Shown: positions 27,586 through 42,614, counted from the stretch's first letter. The stretch is 64,000 nt of DNA from Trichoplax adhaerens (GCF_000150275.1 NW_002060945.1:7569684-7633683); one strand, 5' to 3'. Numbers and translations: made by a program. Notes: generated by a model from the letters alone, not told the origin.

Positions 27586-30500
27586 CTATTTTGCCTTAAA
27601 AGAATTTTTCTTTGATCGCAAGAGTGAAACAACTTCAGCTCGATGATTTTGATTATGATAATCTGTTTGCTCTGGACAACCTAGTGTTTTACTGATTTCA
27701 GGAATATGTGATCTTAGAAAGGGATTGTACGATTTTTCTTCACCAATTGTGGACGGGCACTACAGAAAATAGAACGTCGAATGTAATCTTTCAAATATGC
27801 AATCCAAAATTAATCCGAGAATAGTGTAAAATAACGTACAGTTGATTCACAATTATTTCTCAACGAATCGGCCCATGTTAATTTTTCCTTCATAAGTACA
27901 TTATGATCATTAGTCATCATTCATCAAGATAATCAATAGAAAATGAATTGATTACAACACCCTATGGTCATTTTAAGTGTATCCGTACTCTATGAGAGTT
28001 GTACACTAGATTGACGACAGATAATTTTAACTAAATTGCATTTGAAGACATGCATTATCAAATTTATACGATTTGTATTACTTACAATTATGGCTTTATT
28101 GCTTGGTTCGACTGCGATAGCAAATTTTAGGTTGGAAGTAGCATATTCGTGGCCTAAACAAAATAACAATATGCGGTTATTTGATTTCTCTAGCGTTACC
28201 AGCGCTAAAAGCGCGAATTTAGCCGACGAAGTAGTCAGAAAGGTATCACCAGTACCTGGCCAGACTAATGTTTTATCATCAAGTTCCAGCAAGCGATCCA
28301 GTGATTTTAACATCATAGCACCATTTCCCTCAAAGATACGTCCTATGCAATAACCCACATTGAACGTCAATGGAAAATAGATTATGAAATATCAATAAAA
28401 ATAATAATATCCGATGTAGAGACTACGCTGCACACAATCTGTTAGGGTTTGGTAGGACTAACACCTACCACATCCGGCCAAAAATAAATGATCACCACTA
28501 AAAACTGAAGAAGGTTCGCCTTGTTCCTTTCGATTTAGGGTATACATAACATGACCCAATGTATGACCCGGGGTTCCAATAACATCAAATACAAGAGTCC
28601 CAATCTATTATGACAATTAGTTAAATTATAACAATATCAATATCTCCTTTTCAAAGATACCATTTCTATTCTATACCGTAGTTGCAACTATTTTCCTTGA
28701 ACGAATTCTAAGTGCACTTCTAAGAGCACCTAAGATATAGGATTTTAAGATTTTTGATTACCTTAATTGAATCTCCATCCTTTACGAAGCTTATATCAAA
28801 AATTGAAAGTAAACCAATGTTAGAATATCACATCATTAGGTAAATTCGCATAACTTGTTACTCGCTACACAAGACAACTTATTTACTTAGTAATTATTTA
28901 TAATCAAACAATAATTTAAACAAAGTAGTGCTAGGTAAGTCGGGCTCTACTATGCACGTAATGAGAAAATATTACTCATAGTCGAGTAGAACTTTATGAT
29001 AAAATATCCCTTCATAACAGAACTAGAATGAAGGTAGAAAAATAGTATGGAAAGATACAAAATGTTTTCCAATACCTACAGTAGTAATTGCAGTGTTATT
29101 AATGATCGACTTACTGAGTCAGATTGGGTACATTGTCTTCCGAATTTCCGTAAATAGCTATATCGGGATACAATTTGTGTAGGATAGTATTACCACCACT
29201 GTGATCCCTAAAATATTTAGGAAATTGTATTTAGTTAGAAATTTTACCGTATAATAATACTATCTGAACATGATGATCATCTTTATGAATGCCTAATAAC
29301 CTAAGTACGAAGTTGACTTAAAGTGTTTATAGTGTTAGAAATTAGTACGCAACAAAGCATCAGAAGTAATTATCTAACCAATGTCCATGCGTGATAAGGA
29401 TCGCCGCTAAATTTATATCTTCTGCTTTTAAAGCTTCCTATTAAAAGATAATGAATAAAGACAGGAGTACATAAAATGAATAGAAATGGTGTAGTGCAGA
29501 TATTAGTACAGCATACTTTACAGGCTTGGAAGCAGACAAATTTAACATTATAATATAGCAAATTTACCATGATAATTGTACTTACTTGAACAAGTCGAGG
29601 CTCGGATGGATCAACGAGTATACCCAATTTAAGATTGTGATCGATAATTAAATATGCATAGTTGTCATCAAGTATTGCGATTGGCTTTATGGTAACACCT
29701 AATTAGAAAAGAATAACGAAATGATGTCAGACAATAAGAGTAAATTGCATTTTAGCTTCAAAAATAAAGCGCATACAACGTTAACACAAAGATATAATTA
29801 ATCTGCAATGGTGTATTAAAATTACGGAATTCAATATTAGAGTGTAAAATTGCATAGCTTTTGGTACTATGGTCGTAATGCCATTGTAAGTAGTAAACGC
29901 TTATATACTTACAACGTATAAGAATATTTGCAATAGTTAAGTATTCATAATCGTTACTTAGTCAGGATGTGGCTATTAATGTAATAATATGATTTAGTTA
30001 CCGGAATATCGATGCAGTTTAACTTTAGAATGGGAACCTTTCTGAGCTTTCGTAGCGGCTGACAAGCGATTTAAATGCAACCAACGTCCCACAAACGTTC
30101 TGGCATATAGGTAATACCTATGGACCAAATAAGATCAATTTATAGTTAAGAAGCGGCATGTACAGTACTTCTGACGATTACCAGTTAGCTACTTTATATT
30201 GGAAAAAGTTGATAATACAAAAGAAATTGGGCAAATCACTAGGACTGCAAAGTTATGACGAGTACAACATGGTTAAATCCAACGCCTTTGTGCGTTTGCT
30301 GGCTATAAACGGTTTAAAAGATTTTAACTTTAAGAGAATACACGAAATTATACTACATTATTTATTGCATTATAACGCTACTCTACTACAGTACTCGTAC
30401 ATGGTTCAATCAGTTATATACAAGTATATTTATCATTAATGACGAAGCTATTACAGATTGTTTATAATTGCTACAGTAACATTTGCATATCTTAAGGCAT

Positions 30501-32160
30501 TTTAAACAAGTCCTTGGGGAAGGAAATGTGAAATTAAACTCTCGTGCGTTCAGTAAATGAAAGAGTCTGTAGACTCTATGCGCACAAGGGCACTATTGCA
30601 ATTATATATTAATAGAAATGTTGAAACAAAATCACGATTATAGCAGAATGTCTGATGTCATTTGTATATGTTGTGTATGGATTAGGTCAATATTTCGCAA
30701 GTGAATTACGATTGCATAATCTTTTTATTACTCACTATTGACAGATAGATGATTACAATTAAAGTAGCGGCAAAGTGATTGCACCGTTCCTATCGTACTC
30801 GTATATCTTCACTGTTATGATTTATAATGTGGATTACTGTACACTTTAAAGCAGACTGTCATTTCTTTGTCTGTAATCAATAAAAATAGGAATCTTCAGC
30901 GACTGGCATGTTTAAAAAAGTATTGGTTTGTATTTGAATCTCATTTACAAGGACAAAAACTGATCAAGAATGTTATAATTACTCCATGATTAATTGCATT
31001 GCCGTAGCACGGTGGTTGACGAGAGATCACTGTACTAATGCAAAGACCATGGCTAATTTTTAGGGGAAATTTTACGATTAAGCTTACTATATATTATCAA
31101 GATATAGGATACCAATACGCGTGTCATTCAAATTTTTCATTTAGTGTTTATATACAGTAAGTGGACGAATTATACGTGTAGTCAAGATATTTTACTTTAT
31201 GTTATGGGTTATCCTTGAGTGAGTTTTTTAATCATTGCAATACCATAGGAGATGAATTTAGAACAAAGTAGCTACGGTACGCGTCTATGGAGTGATTGCC
31301 ATATCCTTGAAAGTGTAATCAATGATACCACTTTGCTTGGTATCATTGAATTGGATACTGTACAAGCATTTACTCAAAATACGTCTAATCCATGTTTTGC
31401 ATATCCGGTATAGCATGGTTGTGCAGCAGAAAGTCGAGCAAAGTATCTATTCCCTTTTAACAATATTACCAATGTAAACAATCTACGACAGCAGGATGAC
31501 CAAGGCAAGGACTACCAAGAGACTTCTTTTAGTAGTCCATGACCAAGGCCAGGATCACCATTCAATAGATACTTTGTATGTGAAGGGTGATGAAAAGTCA
31601 GTCAATGATGACAACGCGTGTGCAGTAACTTTAGTAACATATGTTTCTTCCTTTCTCCTTCTTTTCAACCTAGATGCTAATTAACATCCGATTTGTTGGC
31701 TACTATTGAATTCATTAATTGACGACAACTGATCTATTTATGGATAGTCTATTCTGATAGTAAGATATCCATCAATAGTATCGGCCACGATAGTAGTGTA
31801 GAATATGTAGAAAGTCGAACTTCGTAACCGATGGTCGAATTATCGTCCATTAACGCAAGACTACAAATGATGTCGTCAAGCAATGGAACCGATCCATGGA
31901 TGACTGCAATGATTGACCTGTCGGTAGAACGAAACAATAACGAATGACGCTTGCAAACACAACCGCAACGTTAGTCACTACCAAAACAGCCGATTGTACA
32001 ATCTTTATCCAATAAGATCCATCTATCGTGTATTCATTTCTACTGGCATCCATGGATGATGGACTACTTACAAGACGGCAAACATCGGATCGTAACCAAA
32101 TCGTTTAGCGCTGGCTAAAGCAACCACAACAATGGCGCTGATAGATAATAAGAAGAACAT
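27586..32160 (-). CDS. PNKD: PNKD/MR-1-like hydroxyacylglutathione hydrolase (glyoxalase II, metallo-beta-lactamase fold), multi-exon
   Basis: Exon 30002-30117 encodes YYLYARTFVGRWLHLNRL...KGSHS, the PNKD-specific segment. Also DNYAYLIID, VDPSEP, THGHW|DHSGGN, TPGHTLGH, FSGDHLFLAGCG|RIFEG, WPG|HEY, CPSTIGEEKSYNPFLR; stop TAG at 27586-27588. First exon 32160-32072 splices in phase 2 through a gtaagt donor. Confidence 0.88.
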
Positions 32161-32337
32161 TGCTGATAGTATGGTACGGTACAATAGCAATAGAATGACT
32201 GCGACGGGGAAAAGGCCCAATGTATCAACGACTGACAACTGTGGAACAAGTGCAAGACGGCTCAACGTTTTCCCTGGTTAGTAGACGACATTGGTAGTAA
32301 TAATATCTTTTGCTAGCGCTCTTGCCTGTTCCACGGA

Positions 32338-32545
32338 CTGCACAGTGTACAGTACAGGACGGTGAATACTGGTCGTCGTTCACACTTCACAGTGTTTTGG
32401 CGTCGTCATGTCCGCCAACGTTGACGTTACAGTACAGTACATTGCATTGTACGTACAATCGTGTATGTACTGTACAGCATGTGTATAGAACATGTCATGT
32501 ACAGTATACTGTACGTACTGTACTGTACGCACTGGACTGTATCTA
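32338..32545. repeat. TACAGTAC/ACTGTAC-rich low-complexity island upstream of PNKD
   Basis: Dense tacagtacag, gtactgtac and tgtacag words. Confidence 0.75.
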
Positions 32546-32691
32546 GCGTAAAAGTCATGTTCGGATGGAATATTGAAGAACTGCTACTACGCATGCTTAG
32601 CTAGATCAATAGAATACATGTAGACTAGTAGAATAGAGATATTATATATATACTGTATATATATATATATATATAACATATAATATAATAT

Positions 32692-33462
32692 GGTCAATCC
32701 CAGAGGTATGACAATTCTAGGATTGACTATTCTATACAGCAATTAATCAAGACGCACATAATCAATCAAATTTTAAATGAGTGAAATATTTTATTCAATC
32801 AATCATTCAAAGTATCATGAGCTAGAACGATATGGTCTATCCCCGAGCTATGGCAATCCAACCATGGACTATCCAAGTAATCAATCAATAAGCGCTTAAT
32901 AAATCAAATTTTAACTTGGTGAAATATTTTATTAAATCGATCAACGTCTTATGAGCTAGAACGACATGGCCAATCCCCGAGGTATGGCAATTGACTATCC
33001 TAGTAATCAATCAATAAGCGCATAATAAATCAAATTTTAAATGAGTGAAACAATTTATTAAATCGATCACTCAAAGTATCATGAGCTATGCCAATCCAAC
33101 GATTGACTATCCAAGTAATGAATCATTAAGCGCATAATAAATCAAATTTTAACTTAGTGAAATATTTTATTAAATCGATCATCCAAATATCATGAGCTAG
33201 AATGACATGGCCAATCCCGAGATATGACTATCCTAGGATTGACCATCCAATTCTAGGATCGCCAAAATTTCGAGGTTGACTTGCAATGCCTTTAGGGGTT
33301 GACTTCGGGAGCTAGTGGCGAATGGTAAGGCCTATATACGGTATATAAGCGTATAGTAACCTATATATGGTATATAAGGGTATAGTAATTAACTAATACG
33401 CGCATAATAAATTTTAAGTGGGTGAAAATTTGAATAAATCGATTCAAAGTATCGTCAGCTAG
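32692..33462. repeat. Degenerate tandem repeat, ~110-135-bp unit, four to five copies plus a partial one
   Basis: Recurrent gactatccaagtaatcaatcaataagcgcataataaatcaaattttaa...gtgaaatatttttattaaatcgatc...tcatgagctagaacgacatggccaatcccc. Confidence 0.88.
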
Positions 33463-35234
33463 TAAAAGGACGATTAATTATCAGAAATTCCATTCACACA
33501 CCTTGGTACAAACGCATTATTCATTCCATCGTTAAAGGCTATACTATTCTGTATATATGAATGAATAAATTGCTATACTACCATAGAATTGATGGCTATC
33601 ATGAAAGGACGAAAAGCATATCTAGCAAGATTGATACCAAACCAACGATGCAATTTACGATTTATTTCTCACGTTCAAGGCTACAAGATATTATGAATGA
33701 ACAGTATATAAACGATGATATGGTTGGCAAGATGGGCATGCAATAGGATATCCACACTAAATATGAACAACTATGAAACTCATGGTTTGTTTCTTACGTT
33801 AAAAGCAACAAGACTTCGGCGTGCATGAATGAATAAATTGCTATGGTATGATACTGTAAGCATAGTCCGCCAAGATGTACATCCTCAATATCTAATAGGA
33901 GTCCATCATGAAAATTTTATCATTTATTTCTCGCGTCAAAGGCTTACATAGGAGTACTTATTCATGGACTACGCCGTACATTGAGTGTACAAGTGTAGTG
34001 TGTATTGCTTACACAATTACCTTCTAGTAGTCTATTATACAAGTTGCACTAGCTTTTATACAGTATTGCAACTCTCGTGACACAATAATGATACAATCGA
34101 TGATTTAAAATCCAATTTATTCTTATTATATGCGTATAAAGTAATCTTGAGATAAGTTTAGCCACTCACACCCAATATCAAGAGTCTAACGAAAATCCTA
34201 TCCGATATACTGCTAGTCACAGCTAAAAATCCATTTCATAATACGTAGTCTAGGACAAATTGAACTATTATTTTTGGCTAGGTAGAAGGGAAACGAGAAA
34301 CTACAATACATATAATGATCAAAAGATTAAATGCTTCTTGCATTAATAAATAAAGCAAGAAAAATCAAACACCAAAAAGGCAAGAAAAAATTCATTCGTG
34401 GGGTTTTTTCCAATTTCATAAATAAATATCAACCTATGCGTAAATAGCCTGATAATGAGATAGAACATCAAATGCTGTACCCTTAATTAATATATATCAC
34501 ACGATGGAAGTAGCACAACTACTTCTACGTGATGAAGCTAAAAGTACCATTAATTAATTGAAACTCTCTTGAACAGTAAATAAGCCAAGTCCAAGTAGCA
34601 ATGAATTATCATTAGAAGAAATAACGTTCAGGAACTCATATTTAGTAAATGAATTGTAAAAATAATATAGAAAAGTTATAAAATAGATTTTAACAGTGTG
34701 ACTGAGTAACATACCATACAATAGAAATCAATCCAAACACATGGCTTAGCGAAATTGCAGCAGTACCCAAGTAATAATACATATAAGTAATAGGTCAGTA
34801 ATATAATATTTTAAAAGATGATGTATCAAAATAGACATTGTTAGAATAAGTAAAAAGTGCCATACAAAGTGGTAAACAACATGATCATCGTACTACGTTA
34901 TGATGCTATATTAGAGTACCATTTTTGAATAGCATGTCAATAGTGCTAAAAGTAAAACTTGATTTAGGCCGTTATTCTTTTACAAAATTATTAATTACAA
35001 GACGCCAAGCCTTAACTTAGACTGAAATACAGTATAAGATAACGGAGATCAACACTATCGTATAGATTAGCTCAACCTATACGTAGCATTTCGTCTATAT
35101 CAATGAGGAATATGGCTATATATATATATAGGAGTAAGATATGCCCTATATATCTATTGACAACTATTTTATAATTAAAGCCTTAGATTAGCCCCAAGGA
35201 TCTTGTGTAAATAATAAACCAGCAGAATAGGATA

Positions 35235-38200
35235 TTATATACTAATTGAATTGGGGATGTGCATCGGATTCAAGTAGGCATAAGGTGGATTTCTAGTTTC
35301 GTTTCTTTTGGTATTCTCTTCTGAGATTTTCTCCAGTTCTTCACGAAATCTATTAAAACAAATACCAGCAAGAATTAAATACAATCCGATTATAAAATAG
35401 ATAAAAATGTAAAATCGAATTTATCGATGATATCCAGCAATATATGCCAATGATTTTATTGTACCATCGTAATTCCGACAAAAATATAGTATAGTAATAT
35501 CGGTTACTTACTGTTTCACTGCTGCAGTTCCTATTGGATCAAATATATAATCGATTTCAAAGTCGCCTAACGCATTCGTTCCACGGTCACTAAGAATTCT
35601 ACCGACGACCATGATGTCTAAAGTCATCGCTTTATGAGGTAAATGCTTGATGATATCTGCTTCAGTAATGGGATCCTACAGCGAATAATAAGCATGGAAT
35701 CATTATAAATACATCATGTATATTTATACCGTATATTCTGATGTTTCGCATATTTTTAGTACCAATGATAAATTACAGTAATCACGTGTTGTTGTTCCTA
35801 TCTTGCATACTAGTAAGACTAAATTTTTCATTAATATCTATCAACCTACAATATTTTATACTTTTTAGAATTATCGGTGAAATTGATCGCTTTCGTATTT
35901 AATACTAAAATGCGAATAGGTAAACTAGCACAATCTTAATTGTTGTATAACTTTCATTAGCTGTAAATACCAGAAACATTTTAATATTTACTTTATCCCG
36001 TGACCAATTTAGACAAGCTGTAATATAAAATTTCTACAAAAACTATCAATACAATAACTTTTAGAACAATGAAAAACATACCTTATTTCGCGGTGCTTTT
36101 CCTCTCATAAATGATGGATAATTTGGTGGGAAAGCATATTCATCATATTGAGCAAAGTTAGCTGCTGCATGACCGACGCTGCTAATAAACACGAACGATG
36201 TAAACGTATCGATAATTTGTTGCCTTGTTTGAAATTTGCCGTCACCAGGAATTCCTTTAATATTACAACCATTAGGATAAGGAGATACGAGTGCTTTGGA
36301 AAATTCCTGTAGTTCCCAATCATCTTCAATGGCCTTTTCATTCTCATAGTGGCCTTCGACAAATCTAGTAACGTAATTCTTGATACAATACCAGATAGGC
36401 AATGCGTCATCTCGATAAGGATAATATGGCAATACTTCAGGGTCATCAACCTATATCAATTAAAGATTTTAATATCAATATTTCTAGGTTATTTGTAAAA
36501 TTATTAAAGTTATCAATAGTATATTTATGAAATGATAATTGGTAGCTCAATAAGTAGCGTGAATAACTTTTCTGAGCTAAGTGAATTAAATCACCGTCTT
36601 AAACCTACCTGACGCATTTTTAGTTCTTCTGGTAGAGTGCCATCACGATCTAATCGCCAGCTTTGGAATCGTTTAGCGGTAATGCTCAGCATTCCACCCG
36701 CACCGGCTGTCATAACTTGATCTACCCAGCCACCAGGTGCTACCAATTTATTGAGTGCACGACTATTTCATAACGGTTAAAGAAAAATTGAGTATACCAG
36801 GCAATCATTTCGATCGAACAGAGTATTATAGTAGTTTTAGTCTATACAAGTATTATTCAGGCGATAGTGAAAGGCATTACCTATTGATAGCAATAAGGAA
36901 AAGGAAATGAGGTGCAATCAGGCGGTATAGAGGATGAGACATGCTTAGTGTACGATTAGCAGCAACTGCAACGGATTCCATAATCAAGTGTGTAAAGCCT
37001 AAATTGAAATGAATTTAAAAATGAGTACGAGATAAACTTTAATGAATGCGTAAAAATGATAATTCTAGTATATAGCAACATAATCCATCTGTGGTAGACC
37101 AGCAGTGTACTTATATTTAATCGTAGATTGAGAAGAATGAATTTTAACCTAGGTGGAACAGACCTAAATGGGTACTGCCTTGATGAAATAGAGAATCGGC
37201 GTTGTTGTAATACATTTTGGCCAACATCCAGACATACTTATGATCACTAGGTAGAAAAACCTACGGCACAATTCAAAATAATGTTAATAATGGAAAGACG
37301 TTGATAGAATGCTATCCTACGCTTTAATAGGATAATGACTAATAGATTAAACTGTTTTCTTACAGGATTGGGGCAGTCTTCGGTGGTTTTCGCAAATAAT
37401 TGGATAGCGATTGGCGACAAATCATTTTCTTTATTTAAGAAGAAAAGAGCGTAAGGATTTACCAGCTAGAAAATAATCAAAAATTAAGGCGATGTCAATT
37501 TGTTAGTACAAGGCATGTATTAGACAAGTGGAAAGGTTAAAGTATGCCTTATATCTCTATTTTTAAATAATTGTACACAAGTATCAATCATGCAAGCGAT
37601 GTTCTTTCTCATGGAAAAGAGCATTATTTGTTTATAACTCTAAATCGCTAACCTCTTTCTCCACTGGAATACCCATGAGTGGTACGTCTTCTAGCATTGT
37701 CAAGTCACAAATGAACAATTTTTTCTTGGCGAGAGCTTCATCTAAGGTGAAACCTTCCAAGAATGGGCTAACCATCTCGTTGGTCACTTTAAAACTAACA
37801 AATACGTAGAAAATCTTGTTACAAATTCTATAATCCTCGAAGTTGCCTTAAATCCTTGAAAGTAATCCTATTTGAACGATGATTTTATTGCAACTTACTT
37901 TGATGGAATTTCAGTACACAACTTCACTAAGACTGGATTAACACCTTGGACGCGCTGTTTACCGAAATAGTTATCTTCTTTCCATCTGTACATGCCCTAA
38001 TAAGTAAAAAATAGAAATTAAAAATTGAATCTATATCATTTGTGATTGTCAAACCGTAATTAGGTATTAATGTGAGAAGACTTAGGGCAATCATCAATGA
38101 AAACATAACATAAATTAAACGGCAATTGTCCATTCTTTCTATCTTACCATAGGAATATCAAGACTGGTTCCTTTCTTATAGATGTTACCAAGATCTTTTA

Positions 38201-39374
38201 GTGACGACCATGTGTCGCTAGTAAGCCTTCTCATTTTACTCTTAATCAGGAGTATACCTTTGGTTCGAACGATATCCCACTATATCCGAAAAATAATACC
38301 AGAAATGGCAAAAACTACCCTTAGATTTACGCATTTAAATCTATGAAATAGCAGTAGTTTGTACCTTTTAACCCTTTTTACTCGTTGATATGTGAAGGTA
38401 AAACGTATATATTAAACTACCAGAATGAAAAGCTAGCACTAAATTCTTAGTCAACGCTTTGAACTTACCTTGTAGTCGTTACTAAACATTTCATCACTTG
38501 GTAACTCTTTAATCTACGGTTAAAATAGCAAGGGTAAACAAATACGTGAAATAGTGAGTTATCCAGTACAATAATTGTATTACTTTAGTTGAAAAATCAA
38601 ATTATAATGGTAACTTTAAAAAGTTGTTTTATAACTACTACTTTCTTTACATTAGTTTTACGAACTAGGGACAAATTATATTTATATATGAAAAGTTACG
38701 CGCATATTTAACAAATCCAACTATTATTCTTTTTTTCTATCACTTTCAATAGACTACAGAACCGGTATAAATTAATTTAATCTTTTTTCAATTTGAATTT
38801 ATTTTCGATTTTAAGGAGTTTCTTACATGATTCTACTCTATTTTTAAAAGCGTGCTTGTTGTCTTATTTAACGTTGCAGTACCTGTACAGGGATACCAGG
38901 CGATTTCTGATCAAGTGTGTAATACATCCGTTTTTCCAATATTTCTTGTTTACGGGTCTCGGATGCCACATCATTCTGAGGTAGGCAGCAGTCCCACTTT
39001 TGAATTTTCAAAAGTCCATCTGCTTTTACCCAACGATTGACTGGGAAATAGATTGGTGTCGGCTCAACACCAGGTTGATTGGGTATGATCCAAACACGGT
39101 CACAAAACCAACTATCGCCAAATCCTTTCGTATCACGACTTAATTCAATAAATTCAATTTCGCCTAAGTCAGGCACATTGGAGACAGGAAATTTATCGGT
39201 CCGACCTTGTTCGAAATCATTTCGCCATTTACAATCAAGGAAAATTTTACGTGACTTCTTTCCCTCCTTGTCGATGAGTGCAATATAGATATTGGCATCA
39301 GTACCAGCACCTTTGCGATCGCCAGTTTTAATGAAAATAAGGTAATCTGCTTTCATGGATGTACAATTTCCCAT
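35235..39374 (-). CDS. Animal-type lipoxygenase (PLAT plus catalytic domain), about 12 exons
   Basis: PLAT domain (IKTGDRKGAGTDANI, NDFEQG, FPVNRW); WKEDNYFGKQRVQGVNP; iron ligands HQGSTHLG|FTHL and SVGHAAANFAQY; YYPYRDDAL; C-terminal YLNPMHIPNSISI*. Confidence 0.95.
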
Positions 39375-42300
39375 GATGAATAAATGTTGTGATTTTAATT
39401 CAGTCTCAAACGTTCAACAGGTGATAAAAAATAAAAATATTCTTTGATATCCAATAATTTCGTCAACTTAGACTCAAATGGATGACTGTATATTCACTTT
39501 ACGTTGAAATGTAGATTAGTTTGGATTAATTTTACTACCACACGGTAATCGATCGATCTAATCGATTAGATTTATATCGCCGTCAAGTAAACGATTAATG
39601 AAAAGAAAAAAATGCCGCTGTAACTTTTAGACAATCCCTTAACTTAAATACAAATAGGAATGACCTTCTTATTAGTTAAATACAGTTAATGATCGGCCGT
39701 TTCTATTTTATGATGACTCGGTTGCCTAGCAATATGATACGTAAATAAGGTACCAATCTTCAGTTAATTTAAGTGACCCCTTCTCTTCCTCATATCATTT
39801 ATATCACGATCAAAAGCCATTCTTATTGACTTACAATAGCAAAGAAAATCAAGTTTACTTTGTTGTAACTAACAACGATTGTCTATAGTCTTCACGTATT
39901 TTATGACGCAATCTATGCAAGCAATAGAAATTCAATGTGACGTTGACGTTTTTGGCGAGGCAGAGGATCCTTTCATCATGATAATGAATCATTGTTCAAA
40001 CTAGAGGATAATTTTAGTAACGATTGATAAATCCATTGAATAGCCATTTACTAATGATATCTATTTTGTGCTTGAATCTATTTTTATTTCAGTCGTCTTG
40101 GGGGGGGTAAATTTCTTCCTTGGTAGTCCTATTTCCACGATATTAAGTCAAGTTTAAAATAGAATAGTCAGAAAGAATAAAATGGACGAGATGCAGTGCT
40201 GTAGTAATCAATTGCTGTATGAATTTTGTCGCTAAGATAGTACAATGGATTATGTATTTTGATCTAACAGTAGTAAGATATTTAGCAATAGATGAAATCG
40301 ATTGGAAAATGTTGAAATGAAATGGAAAGAATTTTGTAGTGGCAAGTTAAAAATTGTATCTTGAAATCAGGATGATTTATTTTAGAGCTATTTGGAAGCG
40401 GTATTGGTTGATGAAAAGGGCGAATGAATAGTAATATGTATTAATTTTATATATCTTAGCGACTAAATAATGGCAATCTTCAAATAGTATAGATTTAGAT
40501 GGATGCTCTCCCACAATCAATGGTGGTTGAAGCTGCGGAGGAAATCGAGTAATATCAATCTATAGTTTATTAGTCAAATTACTCATAGTAATCAACAGCT
40601 ATAATATCATAACATTGCCACCAGAATTGTTTTCATTTGCGGCAATCTGAAATCTGTGATGGACTAAGGAGATTTTACTATCAATTGGATGCAATAAGTA
40701 CTTTAATTAGATAAATCAAACCACAACAGGGAGTAATTACTTATTAAGTTTAAATCATAAGATTGTATAGCGGAGTAAGGGTACATCATTTAATCGAGCT
40801 CCTTCCATTTTATAAATTGATATAACAATATCATACTGTAATGCACAAAATTCATAAATCGCGAGCAACTGTTTGTTGATCGTTCAATTTAAAATAACTT
40901 TTATTCATAGGGTGTGTTGCGTTAAGGAAGCACCCTTTCAAATTCAGAAAGTAATTGAAATCGTTGGAGAACTCTGCGTAATTCTGTAATTAATAGAATC
41001 TGTTAACAGCTAGCAATGGTATATAGTTTTAAATACAGCTATAGACTTTATAGAGCTTTTCTCAATATGGATGTAAATAATAAAGAAGCAATTTAATTTA
41101 TCCTGTGTTAAAAATAATACTTAGTAGGATTTCTTCATGATTATGTTGACAGTACAATGAATAAGATATACAATCTGATGGAGTAAGAAATTAATAAGAT
41201 CTACCAATATCACGTGTTCTGATGGTGATAGAGCAAATCACTGTATAGAAAATGTGATTAATGTCACGTACACAGACAGAGGATAAACACACATATGTTG
41301 TACAGTATTCCATTAGTAATTTTATACGATATAGTCTTCAGATATATAGTAGCTGTATACGTATCAGATACTGTATCGCTGATATAATATTTTATTTTGC
41401 TTAGAGTTAATATTGTCTACTTTTAACTTTCTGACGATGGTAGAATAAGTACCGTAGCTTTGGACTTAGACGCACCATTTTATAAAAATTTAATCGAATG
41501 GTACGATTTATTTGTAAATAAGGATGGTGTAATTGTATTCAAATTGTGTCACGTCTTTCCTGCAGTTGCCTCTGTGTACTTGGTGACTAATATCGATATT
41601 CTATTATGCTAAGCTTAGAACTCAACAAAGCTAAATAATATACCAATGGTCATACTTATTATTGGATCCATTTTGTTATTACACGCATTTTTAGAACGAC
41701 ATTTGCGCTTTTTTGGGGTGAATGTGTGCGTCGGCATAATGCGGTAAACTGATACTAACACATCTGATCATTTTCAGTCGATAACTTTTCGATAAAAATA
41801 GTAGCATCATGCAAGGTATTTTTTGCCCACCTTTTAAGTGATATACGAGCATTGCAGATTGTACTGATGACCATACGTATCTCTGTGAGATGCCCAAAAT
41901 TACCCAACATAATTATTAGTCTAAATAGCAGCTCTAGCAATGGTAGAAGAAACAAAGAGGTCAAATAATAACATTCAATAAAGGCGTGTCCTAATATATA
42001 TGGTATACTAAGTTGAGGAGATCGAATGATTGTTATAGGCAATGAATTACAAAATGATTTTCAATCATAACCAAAGTAAGTAATTCAAACCTTTAATATA
42101 ATTCAATAAATTTAAAAGCCAGGTGTCAAATAAACCAATTACAGTTGCACTACTGAATATATTACATCAGCGTCAGAGGTAATACATTAGAAAGTCTGTT
42201 CACTTCCCATGTAAAAAATGAATTTTCAATGATCATTGGAATTAGTCAGTACAACACATAGTTATTTCAATCATTCATTCCAGTTTATAAAATTATTTCC

Positions 42301-42614
42301 GCAGCGGCATCAACATCAATTTCCAATCTAGTGGTTGATTTAATTTTAGTGGGTAATAATAGAAGATCTTTTCCTTATGTAATTACTTGCTAGTTTTAGG
42401 CAATTGCAAAACAACGAAATCTATCACTGTACAGGCCGAAGTTATAACAAAATGCAAGATCGCGGCATTTTTTATAGACTTTTACAAACAGGGTATACCA
42501 TAAGCTAATGTTAAGCTTAAAAGTCAAATAAATTTTGGATTTCCAAGGTTATTTTCTAAGCAATCATGGAACTTTAAAATGACTCATATCAAGATGGTAT
42601 GATTTTGCCAATGG

